A stretch of 61,124 bases of DNA from a virus (Duplodnaviria > Caudoviricetes), in the IMG/VR virus record IMGVR_UViG_3300047403_000141, positions 1-61,124 of that record; one strand, written 5' to 3'. Positions within the stretch are counted from its first letter, which is position 1. The number at the start of each line of letters is the position of its first letter. Positions 56,538-61,124 of the stretch are shown here, piece after piece. A program made the position numbers and the translations under genes. The notes under the pieces were generated by a model. The model did not search any database and was not told the origin of the DNA. It worked only from the letters and a program-made list of their open reading frames with translations.

Positions 56538-57236
56538 TCATTTCGACTTCGCTTTGTGCACCACCCTGACCGAGCGTCGAAGCGCCTTGGACATCACAGC
56601 GTCAAGGGACTTGCCCTTCGGCCGGCGCCGCCACTCACGGAAGTAGCGGGGCCGCTGCTCGGGCGGCACCGCCTGATAGATCGCGCTCTTGGTCACCCCG
56701 AACCGCTTCGCCACCTCCGGCCCCGACAGGCCCTTGTCGAGCAGGGCGAACATCTTCTGTCGATCGAACTTCGGCGCCATGCCGTGGGGCAGCCCCCTTG
56801 CCTTGCGTGCGGCGATGCCGGCCTTCGTGCGCTCGCTCGTGAGGTCGCGCTCGAATTGAGCCATGGCCGCGCATATCGCGAGCATAAGCCGGCCAACGGC
56901 GGTTTCCGTGTCGAGGTGATCGCGAAGCGAGATGAACCGCACGTTCCGCTCGCCCAGCTCGTGGATGCGATTCAGTAGGTCGCGGATGTCTCGCCCGAGC
57001 CGGTCGAGCTTCCACACCACGAGCGTGTCGCCCGGCCGCAACTCTTTCCACAGTTTCGCCAGCTCAGGCCGACGACGGCTGACGGCACTCACCTTCTCCT
57101 GGAAGATGAATCGGGGATCGACGCCGTAGGCTGTGAGAGCCTGCACCTGCATGTCTAGGTTCTGATCCTCCGTGCTCACGCGGGCATAGCCCACGAGGAA
57201 GGTTTCATCGTTCGGCGGACGCTGCGGTGATTTCAC
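56538..57236 (-). CDS. Small serine recombinase (resolvase/invertase family)
   Basis: GYARVST..Q; VWKLDRLGR; AQFERD...ERT; C-terminal HTH. Confidence 0.94.
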   Translation of the reverse strand: MKSPQRPPNDETFLVGYARVSTEDQNLDMQVQALTAYGVDPRFIFQEKVSAVSRRRPELAKLWKELRPGDTLVVWKLDRLGRDIRDLLNRIHELGERNVRFISLRDHLDTETAVGRLMLAICAAMAQFERDLTSERTKAGIAARKARGLPHGMAPKFDRQKMFALLDKGLSGPEVAKRFGVTKSAIYQAVPPEQRPRYFREWRRRPKGKSLDAVMSKALRRSVRVVHKAKSK

Positions 57237-57258
57237 GGGCTGCCTGCGACGTGGAAAA

Positions 57259-57311
57259 GTGTAGCGTGTCTACACCGTCCACTTGACTTTGGCAAGCACG
57301 CCGTCTACGTT
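57259..57311 (+). promoter_or_regulatory. Sigma70-like promoter with upstream palindrome
   Basis: GTGTAG-N5-CTACAC 57259-57275; TTGACT(57283)-17 bp-TACGTT. Confidence 0.5.
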
Positions 57312-57480
57312 ATCCAAGTCAGCACTAAGGACTCAGATGCCCGACGGCGGATCGGCAACGCGGAGGTGGCTCATGCGGTCGTGACGCGGAGCGGTTGCAG
57401 CGCGAAATAGACCTGAGCATCACCAGCGGGCGCCGGCAGTGATCGAGGCGCAGATTTCGACGTCAACAGGAGGCCGGCCT

Positions 57481-58152
57481 ATGACTGTCACGCAAGCCAC
57501 GTTTCTTCTCGACGTCAAGCGCCATGCGATGACGGTCCATCACGATGATGGCGTCTACAGGCACCTGAGCTTCTGCCAGCCGGATCACCGATGGTTGTAT
57601 CGCTTCGATATAGTCACGTGGCCCGGCGCGCTGTGCATTCGCGGAGACGTCGGCACATATGCGTTTTCGCGGCTACATGACATGTTCGAGTTCTTCCGAA
57701 GCCCGATGACGACCGCGGAGCGGATCGACATCAACGAGGACTATTGGGCTGAGAAGCTGATCGCGTCTGATTGCAGCGGCCGCCGCGGAAGCGGCGCGAT
57801 GCGGTTCGACCCTGACCTGTTCTCGGCTGAAGTGAAGCGCCGCTATGTCGAGCACATCCGGTCTCGGATGCGCGAAGAGCCAGACAAGAGGCGTAAACTG
57901 CGACTGGCGCTTGAGGATGACGTACTTGCGTATGCTGAGGCGGGAGAAGCGGAGGCGATGAGAGCCGCATGCGAGTTTGAGCATGATGGCTTCGTCTTGA
58001 GGGATTTTTGGGAGGCCCATGTCCACGGTTACACGTCGCAATTCGTGTGGAGCCTGTACGCGATCGCATGGGCTATCTGGACCTACGACAACAGGCCATC
58101 GACGCGCGGCATGTCACCAGCCGCGCCGGAGCCGACGCAGGCGGCACTTTGA
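57481..58152 (+). CDS. Conserved phage hypothetical protein
   Basis: CAGGAGG RBS; DDG.YRHL...FD.VTWPG.L...GD.G.Y.F.R..DMF.FF...YWAEKL. Confidence 0.8.
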   Translation: MTVTQATFLLDVKRHAMTVHHDDGVYRHLSFCQPDHRWLYRFDIVTWPGALCIRGDVGTYAFSRLHDMFEFFRSPMTTAERIDINEDYWAEKLIASDCSGRRGSGAMRFDPDLFSAEVKRRYVEHIRSRMREEPDKRRKLRLALEDDVLAYAEAGEAEAMRAACEFEHDGFVLRDFWEAHVHGYTSQFVWSLYAIAWAIWTYDNRPSTRGMSPAAPEPTQAAL

Positions 58153-58165
58153 CCAGCACAGGAGA

Positions 58166-58644
58166 CGCCGCTGCCGCCCGTCGTGCTCGGCGGGATGCTG
58201 ATCGTGCCGGCCGGGCTTATCGCCGTGATGACGCCGCAAACCGCGGCACGGCCCGCAGCGCCTGTCGACACGCAGATCTCCGCTGCCCGAGCACGCGCCG
58301 TGATCATGGACATGGAGCGCCGGCTCGGCTTCCACCCCGTCGATCGCGAAACCGAGAAGCTTGGCTACGACATCGAGAGCCACGTCCCGGGCACGGGGAA
58401 ACTGCGCTTTCTGGAGGTCAAGGGCCGCGTCACTGACGCCGAAACCATCACCGTCACGCGCAACGAGATCCTCTACTCGCTCAACAAGCCTGACGACTTC
58501 ATTCTCGCCATCGTCGCGTTCGATGGCAACGCCCACACCGTCCACTACGTCCGCCAGCCGTTCCAGCGTGAGCCGGATTTCGGCGTCACCTCCGTCAACT
58601 ACAGTTTCGCCGAGCTGATCGCGCGGGCAGGAAAGCCATCATGA
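58166..58644 (+). pseudogene. C-terminal remnant (DUF3883/NOV nuclease domain) of a SNF2 helicase gene
   Basis: PLPPVVLGG...GYDIES...RFLEVKGR...TRNE; ATGA overlap with DUF1156; no helicase core upstream. Confidence 0.8.
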
Positions 58645-61124
58645 CTGTTACCAAGAAAAAGCTCATCGAGGTCGCGCTGCCGCTGGAGGCCATCAACACC
58701 GCCTCTGTCCGTGAGGGCTACATTTACCGCGGCAACCCCTCTGCTCTCCATAAATGGTGGGCACAACGGCCGCTGGCTGCAGCACGAGCTGTTCTCTTCG
58801 CGCAGATGGTGGACGACCCATCGGCCAATCCAGACCTGTTCAAGACCGAAAAAGCTCGCGAGAAGGAGCGCAAGCGCCTCTTTGAAATCATTGAAAACCT
58901 CGTGAAGTGGGAGAACACGACAAACGAGGAAGTGCTGCAAGAGGCGCGCGAGGAGATCTGGCAAAGCTGGCGCCGCGCATGCGCGCAGAATGCTGACCAT
59001 CCCCGCGCCAAGGAACTTTTCAATCGCAACAAGCTGCCGGCCTTTCATGATCCCTTCGCTGGAGGCGGCACAATTCCGCTTGAGGCCCAGCGGCTGGGCT
59101 TCCAGGCGCACGCCTCGGATCTGAACCCCGTGGCCGTGGTCATAAACAAGGCGACAGTAGACTTCCCGGCGAGGTTCTCGAACCGTCCACCAATCAACCC
59201 CGACGCTAAAGGCAGGTCTGACCTAGTCGGCATAAAGTGGGCGGGCGCTGACGGACTTGCTGAGGACGTGCGCCACTACGGCGAGTGGGTACGCAACGAA
59301 GCCAGGAAGCGGATCGGCCGTCTATATCCCGAGGTGGAAGTGACGCCCGGGATGATCAAGGAACGTCCAGACCTCAAGTCCCATGCTGGCAAAAGGCTGA
59401 CCGTCATCGCATGGCTGTGGGCGCGCACCGTCAAGAGCCCCAACCCGGCATTCGCGAACGTCAATGTTCCCCTCGCTTCCACCTTTATGCTCTCCACCAA
59501 GCCCGGCAAGGAAGCCTACGTCGAGCCCGTAATCGAGTATGCACCAGCGCAGGATCTGGCCATTAGCGACGGCGATCTCGTCGGTCGCGCCCAGAAGGCG
59601 CCAGCTACTGGCTACAGACTCACCGTCAAGACCGGCAAGCCGAACTTTGCTTGGGCGAAGAACGGAACAAAGCTGTCCCGCGGCGCCAACTTCAAGTGCG
59701 TCATGTCGGATTCCCCAATCGCACCTAACTACATCTATGCAGAAGCCAACGCAGGAAGAATGGGCGCTCGACTAATGGCCATCGTCGCCGAAGGCGAGCG
59801 CGGTCGCGTTTATCTTGCCCCGTCCGTGGAACACGAGGCAGCGGCGCACGAGGCACGACCGGAGTGGAAGCCAGATGTTGCCATGCCCGATAACCCTCGC
59901 TGGTTCTCGCCTCCGTTGTACGGCCTAAAGACATACGGCGACCTGTTCACGCCGCGCCAGCTCGTAGCGCTGAACACGTTCTCCAATCTCGTGGGTGAGG
60001 CGGTTGCGCGCGCGAAGCTCGACGCACTCACTGCCGGGCTCCCCGATGACGGCATTGCACTGTGCGATGGAGGCAAGGGAGCTAAGGCCTATGCAGAGGC
60101 CATTGGCGTGTATCTTGCCTTGGCCCAGGACAAGACAACCGAATACGGATGCACAATTGTCCCTTGGTACTCGAAAGAAGACAGGCCAAAAGGCCTGTTT
60201 GCGAGACAGGCAATACCCATGATTTGGGACTATGCAGAAGTAAACCCGCTCTGCGATATTGGAGGGACTTTTTCAGCATCAGTAAACATTGTCGCTGGCG
60301 CTCTCGCCGGCTGTGCTCCGAGCGGACAAGTTGCGAACGTCGCTCTACACAACGCCGTAGGTGGAGCACTGGCTGTTGGAGCGGTCGTCTCGACTGACCC
60401 GCCCTATTACGACAACATCGGCTACGCCGACCTTTCCGACTTCTTCTACGTTTGGCTTCGCCGCTCGCTGAGAGGTACGTTCCCAGATCTGTTCTCAACT
60501 GTTGCAGTTCCGAAAGCCGAGGAACTTGTTGCAACGCCATATCGCCACGGAGGGAAAGAAGCGGCAGAGAAATTCTTCCTCGATGGCATGACAGAAGCCA
60601 TGCACCGTCTCGCCGAAAATGCTCACCCGAGTTTTCCCGTTACGATCTACTATGCCTTCAAACAGTCTGAGAGTGAGAGCGACGAGGGCACGGCCAGCAC
60701 CGGCTGGGAAACTTTCCTCGATGCCGTCATTCGCGCAGGCTTCGGCATAAGCGGCACTTGGCCAATGCGAACCGAGAGAGGCGCTCGATCAATCGGCCTA
60801 GGCACCAACGCCCTCGCCTCAAGCATCATTCTCGTCTGCCGCCCACGCCCCGAGAACGCCGCGACCGCTACCCGCCGTGAGTTCCTAACCACCCTAAAAG
60901 CCGAACTACCCTCAGCCCTTGCTCATCTCCAAGCCGGAAACATCGCGCCCGTTGATCTCGCCCAAGCAGCCATCGGCCCTGGCATGGCCGTCTTCATCCG
61001 CTACGAAAAGGTACTCGATAGCGTCACGGGCAAGGACGTGACCGTGCGCGAAGCGCTCGCCGCCATCAACGACGTGCTTGATGAAGCGCTGGCCGAGCAG
61101 GAAGGCGACTTCGACGGCGACACC
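58641..61124 (+). CDS. DUF1156 adenine-specific DNA methyltransferase (runs off the end, continues at 207-671)
   Basis: [10 protein letters not shown]; [10 protein letters not shown]; motif [11 protein letters not shown]; motif IV TDPPYYD. Confidence 0.92.
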   Translation, partial: MTVTKKKLIEVALPLEAINTASVREGYIYRGNPSALHKWWAQRPLAAARAVLFAQMVDDPSANPDLFKTEKAREKERKRLFEIIENLVKWENTTNEEVLQEAREEIWQSWRRACAQNADHPRAKELFNRNKLPAFHDPFAGGGTIPLEAQRLGFQAHASDLNPVAVVINKATVDFPARFSNRPPINPDAKGRSDLVGIKWAGADGLAEDVRHYGEWVRNEARKRIGRLYPEVEVTPGMIKERPDLKSHAGKRLTVIAWLWARTVKSPNPAFANVNVPLASTFMLSTKPGKEAYVEPVIEYAPAQDLAISDGDLVGRAQKAPATGYRLTVKTGKPNFAWAKNGTKLSRGANFKCVMSDSPIAPNYIYAEANAGRMGARLMAIVAEGERGRVYLAPSVEHEAAAHEARPEWKPDVAMPDNPRWFSPPLYGLKTYGDLFTPRQLVALNTFSNLVGEAVARAKLDALTAGLPDDGIALCDGGKGAKAYAEAIGVYLALAQDKTTEYGCTIVPWYSKEDRPKGLFARQAIPMIWDYAEVNPLCDIGGTFSASVNIVAGALAGCAPSGQVANVALHNAVGGALAVGAVVSTDPPYYDNIGYADLSDFFYVWLRRSLRGTFPDLFSTVAVPKAEELVATPYRHGGKEAAEKFFLDGMTEAMHRLAENAHPSFPVTIYYAFKQSESESDEGTASTGWETFLDAVIRAGFGISGTWPMRTERGARSIGLGTNALASSIILVCRPRPENAATATRREFLTTLKAELPSALAHLQAGNIAPVDLAQAAIGPGMAVFIRYEKVLDSVTGKDVTVREALAAINDVLDEALAEQEGDFDGDT
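60919..61124. repeat. Terminal direct repeat, right copy
   Basis: Matches 1-206 with one mismatch. Confidence 0.97.

Larger units (their letters stand above)
4155..58165. mobile_element. Temperate podovirus-type phage genome, excised form
   Basis: Complete head, short-tail, lysis, immunity, replication and integration modules; no tape-measure or sheath gene recognised; intact attP. Confidence 0.9.

Overview
The window is a circularly closed molecule of about 60.9 kb: bases 60919-61124 repeat bases 1-206 with one mismatch. Most of it (about 4155-58165) is a temperate, podovirus-type phage, probably of an alphaproteobacterial host (it carries GcrA, an Omp25/RopB-like porin and a LabA/NYN homologue). 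It is in the excised state, with an attP core (3' half of tRNA-Gln) next to a tyrosine integrase. The modules are: a minus-strand late operon (NusG-like antiterminator, terminases, portal, scaffold, capsid, adaptor, fibres and tailspike, nozzle, GNAT, ejection proteins, lysis genes); a CI/Cro switch at about 43.3-44.2 kb; and a plus-strand early operon (tRNA-Leu, ERF and exonuclease, HNH, ASCH, C5-methyltransferase, Xis, Int). A segment of about 6.9 kb that spans the origin is a piece of a bacterial defence island: intact DUF1156 methylase and DUF499 ATPase genes, with both flanking genes truncated. Most notable observations: (1) a terminal peptide tag [ST][AP]RDRI[IV]xxM shared by ejection proteins and stand-alone effector-like proteins, plus two unannotated paralogous micro-peptides, forming a candidate capsid-loading system; (2) a cytosine methyltransferase split over two fully overlapping frames; (3) five copies of a 20-bp palindrome confined to the late region; (4) a tRNA-Leu(UAA) with a 33-nt variable arm. 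All family calls come from motif recognition by eye; no database searches were run.
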